Shown: positions 48,475-59,424 of the stretch, piece by piece | Layout: the number at the start of each line of letters is the position of its first letter | How positions within the stretch are numbered: the stretch's first letter is position 1 | From: a bacterium | Lineage (GTDB): Bacteria > RBG-13-61-14 > DATKZS01 | Direction of reading: 5' to 3' | Assembly: GCA_963674965.2 (NCBI GenBank) | Contig: CAXXFL010000004.1 | Span: 370,221-434,220, forward strand | Length of the DNA stretch: 64,000 bases | Position numbers and translations under genes: made by a program | The notes under the pieces: generated by a model | Databases searched by the model: none | Told to the model about the DNA's origin: nothing | The model's input: the letters and a program-made list of their open reading frames with translations, nothing else

Positions 48475-50785
48475 ATCCCGGCGCGATTACGCGGAAGTTG
48501 ATGGAATGGCTTTTTCCCGCCTCGTTCATCACCCTCAGCTCATGGTTACCCGGCTCGGGCGAGAGCCATAATTTCTCAGTGGGGGGAGCGGCCGCGTGGA
48601 GACGGCCGTCCACGAACCAGTAAAGCTCGCCCGTGCCCGTCCCGGTGACGGCCTCGAGGGGAATTTCCTGGCGCTCGGCCTTGAGGCCGGGGATGATAAG
48701 GAAAACCGCCTCCGAGCGCGGGGAGACGATGAGCGGGCCGTCGTCCCGAGCCGCGGCCCGCCGGCAATAGGGCGCCAGGGGAGGCGGTGAGTAGGCGGCG
48801 ACGCTTTGTTCCTCGATCCAGCCTCGGGCGTTGGAGGGCAGGATGGTAAAGGTCCTGTTCTCGGTCCTGGCCCCGCCTCGGCAAAGGGGATTGACTCGAT
48901 ATCCGGTTTCCACGTCCACCTCGTAGGTTTTATGGTAAGGGCAATAGTCGCGGGGCACGGCGCTCTTCACGGCCCAGGCCTTCCTTACGCTGGGGCAGGA
49001 GGGCCCGGCCAGGTGTCCGGAAAAAGCGCAGACCTTGACCTGGACGAGGTCGGGCGGCCTTTGCCCGTCCTTCTCCGCGGGAAGAGACTCGAGCACGTCG
49101 AAAAGAATCGGGCCCGACCTGTCGGCCCCCACCAGGTAGCGGCTGGGGGACCCGTCGAAGTTGCCCGTCCAAACGCCCGCCGCGTACTTCCCGTTGCCGC
49201 CCAGGGCCCAGGCGTCGCGGTGACGCGCCGAGGTGCCGGTCTTCCAGAATACGCCCGCCGGCCTTCCCGCCCGCTTTCTTTTCGGAAAGTCGGGCCTGTC
49301 CCTTATGGTCAGGGCGGCCCTGGTCAGATACGAGGCGCCCGGCGAAAGTATCCTTTTCGGGCTCGAGTCCGTCTCGTCCATGGTCCAGGCGAGCTTACGA
49401 TATTCACCGCCCGCGTCCAGCGCCGCGTAAAGGCCGGTAAGCTCGGCCAGGGTCATGTCGCAGGCGCCGATGGAGATGGAAAGCCCGTAGTATCCCGGCT
49501 CGCTCTTCAGCCCCTTGATCCCGCCCGCTTTAAGGAAATCGATAAAGCTCTCCAGCCCCAGGTCTCGCGTGAGGTTGACGAAGGGAACGTTGAGGCTTTG
49601 CGACAGTGAATCGTCCAGCCTTACCAGTCCCCTGAACTTGTGATCGTAATTGATCGGCTCGTATCCCGCGTACCTCACCGGCACGTCGGGTACCAGGTAC
49701 TCGGGAAGCGCGAGGCCCCGGTCGATGGCCATGGCGTAGACGAAGGGCTTGAGAGTGGAACCGGGGGAGCGGGGGGCGTTGAAGCCGACGTTCTGTCCCC
49801 CGTGCTCGGAGTCGTAAAAATCGAAGTTGCCCGCCGCCGCGACCACTCTTCCCGTCCTTGACTCGATCACCACCACCGAGGCGTTGTGGACGCCCATGCC
49901 GGCGTACTCGGTCCGATACGAGGCCAGGGCGTCCTCCACGGCCGCCTGCACGTCGCGCTCGATCGCGCTTCGGACCCTGTCCCCGCCGCGGCCGCCGTAG
50001 AGGAAATACGCGGCGTGAAGAGCGTCGCGGGGGAAGGGCTTAAGCTCGGTCGGGACCTCGCCCTCCCTGGCGCGAGCCGCCTGGCGCTCGTCCAGTACCC
50101 CTTTTTCTTCCAGGAGGCCGCTGATCCTGGCTATGACCTCCTTGGCTTGGGCCGCGTTTTCCGGAGACGGGTACCTGTCGTTGGGACGTTGGGGCACGCT
50201 TAAAAGGTAGCAGACCTCGAGGGGGGACAGGTTCTTGGCGCGGTGGCCGAAGTAGGCCAGGGCGGCCGACTCGACGCCGTCCAGGTTTTTGCCAAAGGGA
50301 GCGAACTGGAGGTAGGCCTCGAGGATTTCCTCCTTGTCCATCCTGGCCTCGAGCTGGGCGGCGCGGAGGGCCTCGATTATCTTCGAGCCAATCGTTCGCG
50401 GCCGGGGCTCGAGTATCCTCACGAGCTGCATGGTGATGGTGCTGGCGCCGGACACCACCTCGCGGTTCGAGAGGTTCTGCCGGACCGCCCTGGCCAGCGC
50501 GAGGGGATCGACCCCAAGATGGTAGTAGAAGCGCTTGTCCTCATAAGCCACCAGCGCCTTGAGGTAAAGAGGGTCGATTTCATCCAGGTACACCGGCGCT
50601 CGCCACTTGTCGTCGGGGGAGAGGAAAACGCACATGGGAGAGCCGTCGGCGTACTCGATGACCCTCGAGCCCGGCGAGTGGAGCCGCTCGGGAAGAGGGA
50701 CCAGCCAGGCCGCGGCGAGGGCGGCCGCCGCTAAGAGGACGGCCGCCAGGGCCGCGGCGAGGACCATTTGCCCAAGTCTTTTCAT
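48473..50785 (-). CDS. pbpC: Penicillin-binding protein 1C
   Basis: EDKRFYYH, GASTITMQL, STLK, SLN, KTGT; follows alpha-2-macroglobulin. Confidence 0.95.
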   Translation of the reverse strand: MKRLGQMVLAAALAAVLLAAAALAAAWLVPLPERLHSPGSRVIEYADGSPMCVFLSPDDKWRAPVYLDEIDPLYLKALVAYEDKRFYYHLGVDPLALARAVRQNLSNREVVSGASTITMQLVRILEPRPRTIGSKIIEALRAAQLEARMDKEEILEAYLQFAPFGKNLDGVESAALAYFGHRAKNLSPLEVCYLLSVPQRPNDRYPSPENAAQAKEVIARISGLLEEKGVLDERQAARAREGEVPTELKPFPRDALHAAYFLYGGRGGDRVRSAIERDVQAAVEDALASYRTEYAGMGVHNASVVVIESRTGRVVAAAGNFDFYDSEHGGQNVGFNAPRSPGSTLKPFVYAMAIDRGLALPEYLVPDVPVRYAGYEPINYDHKFRGLVRLDDSLSQSLNVPFVNLTRDLGLESFIDFLKAGGIKGLKSEPGYYGLSISIGACDMTLAELTGLYAALDAGGEYRKLAWTMDETDSSPKRILSPGASYLTRAALTIRDRPDFPKRKRAGRPAGVFWKTGTSARHRDAWALGGNGKYAAGVWTGNFDGSPSRYLVGADRSGPILFDVLESLPAEKDGQRPPDLVQVKVCAFSGHLAGPSCPSVRKAWAVKSAVPRDYCPYHKTYEVDVETGYRVNPLCRGGARTENRTFTILPSNARGWIEEQSVAAYSPPPLAPYCRRAAARDDGPLIVSPRSEAVFLIIPGLKAERQEIPLEAVTGTGTGELYWFVDGRLHAAAPPTEKLWLSPEPGNHELRVMNEAGKSHSINFRVIAPG

Positions 50786-50807
50786 CGCGACTCCCGCCCG
50801 CTCTGGA

Positions 50808-53800
50808 TCAGTCCGACAGGACGTTCCACGGGTCGTGGATAAGGACCTTGCCACCCGGCTTTTGGGCGAGGACGCTCGGGTCGTACATGGCCTCGGCCCG
50901 GAGGGGCGGCGTGGCGAACTTTCCGCTCACCACGGCCCTCAGGACGTACATGGCCGTGACGGTCTGGTTCCTCTCAAGTCCGCCGAATATCTCGACCCTG
51001 TCGTCGCGGGGATTCATGTGGTCGGCCTTCCAGATGGAGTCCGTATCGGTCAGCCTCGAGGCGTGCTCCCGGTTGAGTCTCGGGTTCTCGACGTCGAAGC
51101 CGGCGGCGAACCTGTCCACCAGGGCCACGTTCCTTACCCTGTCCATGGACTTGTTGGTCAGCGTGAGCCTGACGAAGGCGAGCTGGCCAAGCTCGAGGTT
51201 GCCAAGGTCAAGAGGGGCGCCGTCGGCGTCCAGGTATTCCCTGGTCACCTCGAGGCCCTGGCTTTTCTCCTCGAAGACCTTGCCCGGCTTGATGCCCTCG
51301 ACCCTGACCAGGGCGAAGAGGTCGCCGCCCTCGATCGAGTCAACCTTCAAGACCATGTCCTTTATCCCGCTGGCCCCGCGTATCTGCCAGGCCGTCTCCG
51401 CCGCGTTGGCCAGGCTCGTCGGCTCCGGCTTTACGACTTTGCCCGCCAGGGCGAGCGTGGGCCGCGACCAGCTCGAGGCCCCGCTTCCCGCGCGCTTGCC
51501 CAGGCCGCTCACGCACCAGGAGAGCTCCTGGGTGGTATAGTGGTCGCTTTCATTCGACAGGCGCTCGGATATCGACCTGGCCAGGGGCTCGAGCGCCGGG
51601 TCGTTGGGAAACAAGTCCTCCAAGACGTTCATCATCAAACCCCGAGTGCGAAGGGCCGACCAGAACGACCAGTCATTCAGGCGCTTCTCGCCCAGCTTGG
51701 AGTAGGCCGTCTTCAGGTCGTCCTCATAGGAGCGGTCGCCCGAGAGGTAGAGCGCGGCCTTGAGGAGGAACATGTTTTCATCCTCCATCTCGTTCCAGTC
51801 CGATCCGTGGTTCTCGATGAGGGACTTTATCCGGCCCTGCCGGGCCTTTCCGGCCTTGGCCAGCACGAACTGCATGTAGGGCTCGGACTTGGCCACCGAG
51901 TATCCGTACTTGGGGTCGATGAGGCTGGGGTTGTCGGTAAGGACCCGCTCGATGAAGGCCACGGCCTCGTCCACCCTGTCCTTGTCCACCGGGTATCCGG
52001 CCTCGATCCCCTCGAGCAGGACGTGGGTGGCGTAAGCCGTTCCCCAATAGGTGTTCTCCCTCTGGCCGGGCCAATAGGAGAAGCCCCCGTCCCGGGTCTG
52101 CATGCTGAAAAGCCGCCTGACGCCGAACATGAACTTTTCCTCGATGTTCCCGTCCCTGGTGACCTCGGGATCGAGGCTCGAGACCAGGTTGCCCACGTAA
52201 AGTAGCGGCCTGGTGGTCGAGGTCGTCTGCTCGATGCATCCGTAAGGGTAGCGAATAAGGTACTTAAGGTGCGCCATTTCCATGGCGTAGGGATTGGCCG
52301 TGGCCGTGACGGTGGTCATCTCGTGGGACGGGACCCAGCCCTCGAGGTACTCGCTGAGGTCGTTCTCGCCCGGCTTGATGGTCCTGGAGTTAAGCTCCTG
52401 GATCACGGGGCCGTTGGGGACCAGGGGAATACGGGCCGAGTCGCGGGAAGCGTTTTTAGCGCCAGAGGCCGTGACGTCGAACTCGGCCGCCCCGAAGACG
52501 CCGCTCGCCTTGCAAAGGAAAGTGACCACTCCCGACTGGTCCTTTTTCAGGACGATGGACTTGGTATTCTCTCCCTCGATCTTGACCTTGTCGTTGACGT
52601 TGATGGTGACCTCGATGGTATCGGTCTCGCCCGTCAGGTTGGAAAGAAAAACGGGCGTCACGAACTCGTCCCCATCGGAAAGGAACCGGGGAAACGTGGG
52701 CTGAAGCACGAGGGGATCGCGCACCAGGACCTCGGCCTGGCCCGATCCGACCGCGTTCTTGCCCGCGACCACCGCCATGACCCGGAGCTTGCCCCGGTAG
52801 GAGGGCACCTCGAAATCGACGGAGGCCTTGCCGTCCGGGCCCACCTCGAGAATACCGGACCAGAGGGCCGCGGGCTTCACGGGCTGGACGCGGGTCGAGG
52901 CCTCCTCCTGGTACTCCTCGCCCCAGGAGTCGCCGCCGCCGGTGGTCTTCTCCCGAGTGGCCTGGGGAAGAAGAAGGGTCCAGCCCACCGTCTCGTAGGT
53001 CTTGACGCCAAGCGCCCTTTTCCGGAAAAGGTCCTCCAGGGGAGCGGGCGTCTCGAAATCGGTCAACTGAAGAATGCCCTCGTCCACCGCCGCCACGGTG
53101 GCGAAAACGGGCCCGGCGCCGGCGTCGGTCTCGAGCTCGATGGTGAGCGTCTCGTTGGGTTTCACTTCCCCGGGCGCCTTGACGGAGAGGTTCGCCTCGA
53201 ACCGGGAGGGGTTGACCTTCACGCTCTTCACGCCGAAGCTCCTGCCCGGCACGAAAAGCTCCTTGCTCTCGTAGTGAGGGTCCTTTATAAGAAGGGCGCT
53301 AACGTACACGTTGGGCGCGAACTCCGGGAGGGTGAAGCTCGAGATCCACTCACCCGCCTTGACGTCGATCCATTTTTGCTCGATCACCTTGTCCGTTTCC
53401 ACGGTGAAAAGAAGTTTTCCCGCATAGGGCAGCATGGCGCCGACCTCGGCCGGCATTCCCACCTTGACCTCTCCGTCCATGGTCAGGGCCAGTCCCTCCG
53501 GAGAGCCGGGCCGGGGGGTCTTGTCTCCCTCGTCCCCATCCCATCCGTACCAGTATCCCTCGTCGCCCTTGACGAAAAGATCGGTCCTCACGTTGGCCCC
53601 GGCGCTCGCCCGGACCAGGTATCCGTAGGAATAATCCGAGGTCGGCATGAAGCCGGTCTTAAATCTTCCATCCGTGACGCTGACCACGTCGGAAACCGCG
53701 GGGGACTCGCGCAGGAACCTTCTCCAGGTGCTCCGCCCCTCGTTGGGATCGTATTCCCACACGTACTCGGACTGGAGCTCGACCACGTTTATCTCGACTT

Positions 53801-56084
53801 GGCCTGGCTCGGGAAGAAGGTTGCCGTCCCAGTCCACCACCACGCCCTCGACGTCCACGTACTGGCCGCTAACGGCCTTGTCCGCCTTGGTGATAAGGCC
53901 CAGGTAATAGGCGGCGGGATGGACGGCGATCGCGTCGCGGGCGGCCGTGACCCTTCCGCTTCCCGACTCGAACACCGAGGCCATGACCTTGATCTCGCCC
54001 GGCCCGAAAAAGGCGGCCACGTCGCTTACCGCGGGGCAGGAAAACTCGATGGTCCCATTTTCGTTCAGGTTGCCCTTCACGCGTCCCAGCGGCAGCGGCC
54101 GGAAGGGATCGGGCCGGAACACGCCGAACTGGTAGCCGGGAAACTCCTCCGGTTTGAACCGGCCCTCCCCGAGCACGCACTCGGCCTCCATCCTCTCCCC
54201 CTTGGCCTTGGAGCCGAACAGGTACTGGGCGCTGAGCTCGAAGGCGGCCGCCTCCGAGGAATCCACTTTGTCCTTCATGGCCTCGACCGTCGCCTTCATC
54301 CTCTCGGGCATGAACTCCTCCACGTGGAAGGAATGGGAACCCGCGGCCCAGTCGCCTATTTTCAGGGTGAAGTCGTACTTGCCCGTGTCCGCGTAGTCGG
54401 CGAAGTCGAACTCGAACTCGGCCATGCCCGCCTCGTTGGTGAAGGCCCTTATCTTCTCCGTCGCCTTGCCCCTGGGGTCGGTGAGCACGCCCATCAATGG
54501 AAGCCCGGCGTCGGGCGCGGCGTTCTTGTCCTCCCAGACCACGGCGGCCAGGTGGGCCGTCTCGCCGGGACGGTAGACGCCCCTGTCCATGTAAAGGGCG
54601 GCCCGGTAGGGCTTATCGTCCTTGTAGGGCGTCCCCTGGGCCTCGAACTCGGAGAGAGAGGTCTCGAGGTCCTCGAACTTCATCACCGTAAGGTCGTCGC
54701 CCTTTTTCGCCATCACGGCGAAGGCTCCGCCTCCTCCGGGGGTTTGCAGGCCCGAGGCCTTGAACCTGGCCAGTCCGTCCGCGTCGGTAACGGACGAGGC
54801 CAGGACCTGGCCGCTCATGCTCATGACCTTTATCTCCGCCGCCTTGGCCGGTCTCAGGTCCTCCGAGCCCAGCGCCCAGACTAAAAGCTCGGCGTCCTCG
54901 CCTTCCCCGGTCTTGGATACCAGGGTAAGGTCGGTGAGAATGAGGCGGACGGCGTCGGAGTTTTGTCCACCGGCAAGGGTCAGCTCGAAGGCGCCCTTCT
55001 TGTCCGCCGGCACGAGCCCGGAAAAGTCCAGCCATGAGGTCAACTGGACGTCTTCCTTTTTCTCGACGGCAAAGGTCTTCTGGGCGATGACGTCGGAGGT
55101 CCGGTTGTCGGCTTTTTCCCGGCTTCCCGAGAGCCAGAAGATGAGGTTGTGCTCGGGAATCTTCCTTACCACCACGTCGACCTTGTCCACGTTCATGTGC
55201 CGGATGGGCACGGAGGCAAGGCCGTTCCGGGGCAGGTATCTGCCCTTGGCCAAAAAGGAGGCGCTGGGATTTCGGGAGGGAACGACGAAGCGCCGCTCGA
55301 AGTCCTGGAGCAGAAATCCGCCGCCCTCGCTCCTCATGCCCTTTTTGACCTTCATCACGTATTCGCCCTTTTTGAATTCTCCGAACACCTTGAATCCATA
55401 GGCCTCAGGGGCGAAGGTGACCGAGGCGTCGGGCGTTATCCCGACCGACTTCTTGAGCGTTTCCTTGTCTATCGAGCAATGCCCGCTGTAGCGCTCCGAG
55501 TAGTCGTCGCAGTCCACGAACAGGTAGAAACCGCCGGCCCCCTCCCTGACGGACACGGAGTAAAAGTTGAGTCCCGGCGGCTGTCCAAGCTTGACGTGGG
55601 AGACGTAATTTCTCTCCATTTTGGTCTTGCCGTCCTTGTCTCTCAGTCCCTCCAGGACCCTGACGGTGTAGGAGTTGTTCAACTGGGTCGATCCCAATCG
55701 AGTCGAAAGGGACAGCTTGTTTTCCTCACCGGCCCGCTCGACCTGGAACTCGGTGATTTTTTCCTCGTTGAAGAAGACCTCGATTTTTTTCGCGGCCTCC
55801 CCGGGGTCCACGGGGTGATTGAACTCGAGGGTCAAGTCGGCCGTCCGGTCCGGGTAGTCGGCCTTGTCGAGCACCACTCGGGCTAGGACCAACTCGTTTT
55901 CCTCCGCGTTGGGAGGGAGGGCCGAGTTATCTCCCGAGGTTTCGGGCCCGGTGACTCCCACCCGGACCTCGTCCCGCCCGCTTTTTTGCGAGTCGTTCCG
56001 TATGCATCCGAAGTCGGCCAGCGCCGCCGCCAGGGTCAAGACGGCGGCGACAATAATTCCATTTATCCTTTTGTTCATTTTCAT
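50808..56084 (-). CDS. Bacterial alpha-2-macroglobulin
   Basis: YPYGCIEQ thioester, DRGVYRPGE, AAVDEGIL, AEAMYDP. Confidence 0.95.
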   Translation of the reverse strand: MKMNKRINGIIVAAVLTLAAALADFGCIRNDSQKSGRDEVRVGVTGPETSGDNSALPPNAEENELVLARVVLDKADYPDRTADLTLEFNHPVDPGEAAKKIEVFFNEEKITEFQVERAGEENKLSLSTRLGSTQLNNSYTVRVLEGLRDKDGKTKMERNYVSHVKLGQPPGLNFYSVSVREGAGGFYLFVDCDDYSERYSGHCSIDKETLKKSVGITPDASVTFAPEAYGFKVFGEFKKGEYVMKVKKGMRSEGGGFLLQDFERRFVVPSRNPSASFLAKGRYLPRNGLASVPIRHMNVDKVDVVVRKIPEHNLIFWLSGSREKADNRTSDVIAQKTFAVEKKEDVQLTSWLDFSGLVPADKKGAFELTLAGGQNSDAVRLILTDLTLVSKTGEGEDAELLVWALGSEDLRPAKAAEIKVMSMSGQVLASSVTDADGLARFKASGLQTPGGGGAFAVMAKKGDDLTVMKFEDLETSLSEFEAQGTPYKDDKPYRAALYMDRGVYRPGETAHLAAVVWEDKNAAPDAGLPLMGVLTDPRGKATEKIRAFTNEAGMAEFEFDFADYADTGKYDFTLKIGDWAAGSHSFHVEEFMPERMKATVEAMKDKVDSSEAAAFELSAQYLFGSKAKGERMEAECVLGEGRFKPEEFPGYQFGVFRPDPFRPLPLGRVKGNLNENGTIEFSCPAVSDVAAFFGPGEIKVMASVFESGSGRVTAARDAIAVHPAAYYLGLITKADKAVSGQYVDVEGVVVDWDGNLLPEPGQVEINVVELQSEYVWEYDPNEGRSTWRRFLRESPAVSDVVSVTDGRFKTGFMPTSDYSYGYLVRASAGANVRTDLFVKGDEGYWYGWDGDEGDKTPRPGSPEGLALTMDGEVKVGMPAEVGAMLPYAGKLLFTVETDKVIEQKWIDVKAGEWISSFTLPEFAPNVYVSALLIKDPHYESKELFVPGRSFGVKSVKVNPSRFEANLSVKAPGEVKPNETLTIELETDAGAGPVFATVAAVDEGILQLTDFETPAPLEDLFRKRALGVKTYETVGWTLLLPQATREKTTGGGDSWGEEYQEEASTRVQPVKPAALWSGILEVGPDGKASVDFEVPSYRGKLRVMAVVAGKNAVGSGQAEVLVRDPLVLQPTFPRFLSDGDEFVTPVFLSNLTGETDTIEVTINVNDKVKIEGENTKSIVLKKDQSGVVTFLCKASGVFGAAEFDVTASGAKNASRDSARIPLVPNGPVIQELNSRTIKPGENDLSEYLEGWVPSHEMTTVTATANPYAMEMAHLKYLIRYPYGCIEQTTSTTRPLLYVGNLVSSLDPEVTRDGNIEEKFMFGVRRLFSMQTRDGGFSYWPGQRENTYWGTAYATHVLLEGIEAGYPVDKDRVDEAVAFIERVLTDNPSLIDPKYGYSVAKSEPYMQFVLAKAGKARQGRIKSLIENHGSDWNEMEDENMFLLKAALYLSGDRSYEDDLKTAYSKLGEKRLNDWSFWSALRTRGLMMNVLEDLFPNDPALEPLARSISERLSNESDHYTTQELSWCVSGLGKRAGSGASSWSRPTLALAGKVVKPEPTSLANAAETAWQIRGASGIKDMVLKVDSIEGGDLFALVRVEGIKPGKVFEEKSQGLEVTREYLDADGAPLDLGNLELGQLAFVRLTLTNKSMDRVRNVALVDRFAAGFDVENPRLNREHASRLTDTDSIWKADHMNPRDDRVEIFGGLERNQTVTAMYVLRAVVSGKFATPPLRAEAMYDPSVLAQKPGGKVLIHDPWNVLSD

Positions 56085-56124
56085 CCTCCCTCGAGGTCGG
56101 AGTCCCTCTTTGACGGGGAACTCG

Positions 56125-57729
56125 TTACTTGCCTTTCTTTTCCTTGAAGCTATTGAAAACGACCGTGAAGACGGTCCCATTCTCGTCGGATTCCACTTCG
56201 ATTTTGGCGTCGTGCGCCTGGGCGATGGCCTTTACCATGGACAGGCCGAGGCCGGTGCCCCCGCTTTTTCTGGCGGTGGTGAAGAACCTGTCGAACACGC
56301 GGGGCAGGTTTCCCGGCGATATTCCCGGCCCCTTGTCCTTGACCGAGAGCGTCGGGCCCTTGCCGACGGCCACCGTCACCTCCTTGCCCTCGCCGTGGCT
56401 AAAGGCGTTCTCGATAAGGTTGATCAGCATGGTCTCGGCCATGTCGGTCTCGATCTCCGCCATGGCCGAGTCGGCCGTCTTTTCCAGTTTTATTTTTTGC
56501 CCGTTTTCCTCGAAGGCGTGTATCAGGCGCTCGGCCAGGGCCACGAGGTCGGTTTTGGGGGCCGACTCCGCCGGGAGGCTGGTCTCGATCCTGGCCAGCT
56601 TGATAAGCCTTTTCACCAGCCTGTCCATGCGCCTCACGTCCGAGTCGATGATCGTCAGGAACCGCTCCCTTTCCTCCTCGGTCATTTCGCCCCAGCCGTC
56701 CTTTAAAAGCTCGATGGCGCCCTGGATGCTGGCCAGGGGCGTCTTGAACTCGTGGGAAACGGCCCGGGTGAACTCGCCCACGTAGGTCATGCGTTCGTTC
56801 ATTTTCTCCACCATGGTCGAAAGGGCCCGGGCCACCTGATGCGCCTCCCTCGGCGCGTGCCCGCTCACGGCCAGGGACACGCCCGACTCGCCGTCCGAGA
56901 TGCGGCGCGCCTGCCCGATGATGGAGTCGAGGGGCCGGATGACGATTACCGCCGCGAGCAGGCTGACGGTCAGGGTGGCGGCCACGATTAGGGCGATGGC
57001 CACTCCGTAACGGACGTCCACCAGGGACCTGATGGGCGACAGACTGGTGCGGCTCAGGTAAACCACGCCCAGGAGCTTGTCGCCCTTGAGCATGGGCATG
57101 GCCACGAAGACCCTGATCTTGGAATGCCTGCTGATGGTGCCGAGGGGAGGGGGCTTGTCCCAGACCCTGGCCCTGAAGACCGAGGCGTAGTGGCCCTCGA
57201 GGGCGCGGGCTATTTCCTCCCTGTTGGAAAGGTCCTCCCAAAGCTCGGCCCCCGTGGTGGCCACCACCACCCCCGTGGCGTCAAGCACCCTCACGCCCGA
57301 GAGGTTCTGGAGCTGGGCTTTCTTGAGGATGGGCTGGATGCTTCTTCCCGCGGCCCGGGCAAAGGGGTGGACCTCGGTAATGGGTTTCCTGCCCTCCGGG
57401 GCGGGGGGAAGCACGCCCTGCCTGGCTATGTCCAGCGTGGGCGAATAGGGCCTGGTGTCTCCCAAAAGCGGGGGAGGAGCGTCGGGAACGCGCCGGAAAA
57501 GTGGCTCGTGCATGACCTTGCCTCTTAGCTGTCCATCCAGGGCGTTAAGATAAAGGGCCTGAACGTAAACGCCCTCGCTGATCAGCTTGGCCTCGGTCTG
57601 ACGATGGATGACGTTCTCGAAAAGCCGCACCGAGGCGATGGCCAGAATGGGCAAAGCCAGTATGACCAGGTTGATCGACAGGAACAGGGTCCTGAGCGAT
57701 ATGGCGAACCTCGGTATCTCGCGGGGCAT
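56125..57729 (-). CDS. Sensor histidine kinase, CreC-like
   Basis: SHEFKTPLASI H-box, NLIENA, FFTT, GTGLGL; two TM helices. Confidence 0.9.
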   Translation of the reverse strand: MPREIPRFAISLRTLFLSINLVILALPILAIASVRLFENVIHRQTEAKLISEGVYVQALYLNALDGQLRGKVMHEPLFRRVPDAPPPLLGDTRPYSPTLDIARQGVLPPAPEGRKPITEVHPFARAAGRSIQPILKKAQLQNLSGVRVLDATGVVVATTGAELWEDLSNREEIARALEGHYASVFRARVWDKPPPLGTISRHSKIRVFVAMPMLKGDKLLGVVYLSRTSLSPIRSLVDVRYGVAIALIVAATLTVSLLAAVIVIRPLDSIIGQARRISDGESGVSLAVSGHAPREAHQVARALSTMVEKMNERMTYVGEFTRAVSHEFKTPLASIQGAIELLKDGWGEMTEEERERFLTIIDSDVRRMDRLVKRLIKLARIETSLPAESAPKTDLVALAERLIHAFEENGQKIKLEKTADSAMAEIETDMAETMLINLIENAFSHGEGKEVTVAVGKGPTLSVKDKGPGISPGNLPRVFDRFFTTARKSGGTGLGLSMVKAIAQAHDAKIEVESDENGTVFTVVFNSFKEKKGK

Positions 57730-57774
57730 TATCTCTTGTCCCTTACCGGGCGTCCCATTGCCGGGCCGCCATGG

Positions 57775-58458
57775 TTACTCCGCCAGCCTGTAGCCCACGC
57801 CGTGGACCGTGTCGATGGGAGAGCCGCCGGCGGCCTCGAACTTTTTCCTGATGCGCTTGATATGGGAATCGATGGTCCTGTCGCTTACCACGTTGCCCTC
57901 GGGATAGGCCAGGTCCATCAGGTCGTCGCGGGAGTAGACCTTGCCGGGATAGGAGATGAGGGCTTGAAGCACCCTGAACTCGGTCACGGTCAGTTTGACC
58001 TCGACGTCGCCCTGGTAGGCCTTGTAGCGGTCCAGGTCGAGGCGCAGGCCGCCGTGGACCAACTCCTTGGGCTCGTGGGAGTCGCCTCGCTCCGTCTTGG
58101 ACGATCGCCTGAGCACGGCCTTGACCCTGGCCACCAACTCGCGGGGACTGAAGGGCTTGGTCACGTAGTCGTCGCCTCCCATCTCGAGGCCGAGGACCCG
58201 GTCGATCTCGTCGTCCACCGAGGTCAGGAACACGATGGGAGTCTCCGACTCGGCCCTTATCCTTTTGCATACCTCCGTGCCGTCCATTTCCGGCATCAGG
58301 ATATCGAGCACGACCAGGTCGGGGCGTTCCATCTCGAAAGACTGAAGGCCACACTTGCCGTCCTCCGCCACCGAGACCTTGAACCCGGACTTTTTAAGCG
58401 TGAACTCGACTATCTCCCGGATGTGGGGATCGTCGTCTATTACCAGTATATGATTCAT
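57775..58458 (-). CDS. OmpR-family response regulator, CreB-like
   Basis: Receiver plus wHTH; DRTIDSHIKRIRKK, TVHGVGY. Confidence 0.92.
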   Translation of the reverse strand: MNHILVIDDDPHIREIVEFTLKKSGFKVSVAEDGKCGLQSFEMERPDLVVLDILMPEMDGTEVCKRIRAESETPIVFLTSVDDEIDRVLGLEMGGDDYVTKPFSPRELVARVKAVLRRSSKTERGDSHEPKELVHGGLRLDLDRYKAYQGDVEVKLTVTEFRVLQALISYPGKVYSRDDLMDLAYPEGNVVSDRTIDSHIKRIRKKFEAAGGSPIDTVHGVGYRLAE

Positions 58459-58523
58459 GAGGCTCCTCTCGTTTAAACCAACGTCCCGTTCGTTATTTGG
58501 ATTCACTTCGCCGCCATATAATA

Positions 58524-59366
58524 TTAGCAAATACTCTCCCGCCCTGAAACGGTTAAATCCCTCTTCGCCTTTTTTATTCCCGTCCGTCCCAGTCTCATGA
58601 AAACTCTTCGATTGTGGTCCAGGCGCCCGAGGCGGGAGGGGTCCGACCTTTTTTCGGTCTCCACCCTAAGGCGCGAGAGGTATTCCTTAAAAGGAAAGGA
58701 CCGCCCCGGACATTCGGTGGGGTTCACCTTGCGGTGGGGAAGGACGTTTTTAAGTTTGAGATCGTATTTATTTATCAGGTCGGCGGAAAGATTTACCAGG
58801 GAATCCATCTGCTTCCCGGTGGGCCGATGGTATTTTTTGTTTTTCCATTTCGGGTCGAAATAACCCACCAGGCAAATGCCCACCCAGTAATTATGACTCC
58901 ATGATCTGGTATGAGCGCCCCTGCATCCCACCGGCCGTCCCTCTTGAATCTCGCCGTTGGGCAGGATCACGTAGTGATAGGCCACGTGGTAGGTTTTTCC
59001 TTCATAAGACACGCCCATGCCTCTTTTCTGGTGATAGGAGTCCAGGGTTTTCACGCTGACGAAATTTTGTCTCGAGGGCCGGGTGGCGGAATGGTGTATT
59101 ACGATGCCGCCGGGTTTCTTCGTGAGCGAGGGCAGGACCCTCCTTACGCGCCGGCGCAGGAGATCGCGAAGCCGGGGGATTTTGCTCGATAATATTTTGG
59201 CCACGCCGACCGCCGCGCCGGGCATAAGGATGGTCGAGAGGATGGCGGCCAGAAAGAGTCGCCTGGTCCTTCCAGGCCTGGGCTTCTGGACCCTTTCCGC
59301 TTTCGGCTTTTCGGACTCCGTGGTCTTTTCGATCTCCGTCTTGAATTTTCCGTCATCCCGATTCAT
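58524..59366 (-). CDS. N-acetylmuramoyl-L-alanine amidase (Amidase_2/PGRP-like)
   Basis: IVIHHSA, YHYVI, GAHT, GICLVG, PHR, TECPG. Confidence 0.92.
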   Translation of the reverse strand: MNRDDGKFKTEIEKTTESEKPKAERVQKPRPGRTRRLFLAAILSTILMPGAAVGVAKILSSKIPRLRDLLRRRVRRVLPSLTKKPGGIVIHHSATRPSRQNFVSVKTLDSYHQKRGMGVSYEGKTYHVAYHYVILPNGEIQEGRPVGCRGAHTRSWSHNYWVGICLVGYFDPKWKNKKYHRPTGKQMDSLVNLSADLINKYDLKLKNVLPHRKVNPTECPGRSFPFKEYLSRLRVETEKRSDPSRLGRLDHNRRVFMRLGRTGIKKAKRDLTVSGRESIC

Positions 59367-59424
59367 GATAATTCCCGCTATTACAATTGGTTAGTCGTTT
59401 TTATCGACGCGAAATCCGCGCTTT

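Noticed and set aside
50607-54884. Long plus-strand ORFs (532 and 871 aa)
   Set aside because: Antisense shadows of alpha-2-macroglobulin in high-GC DNA.
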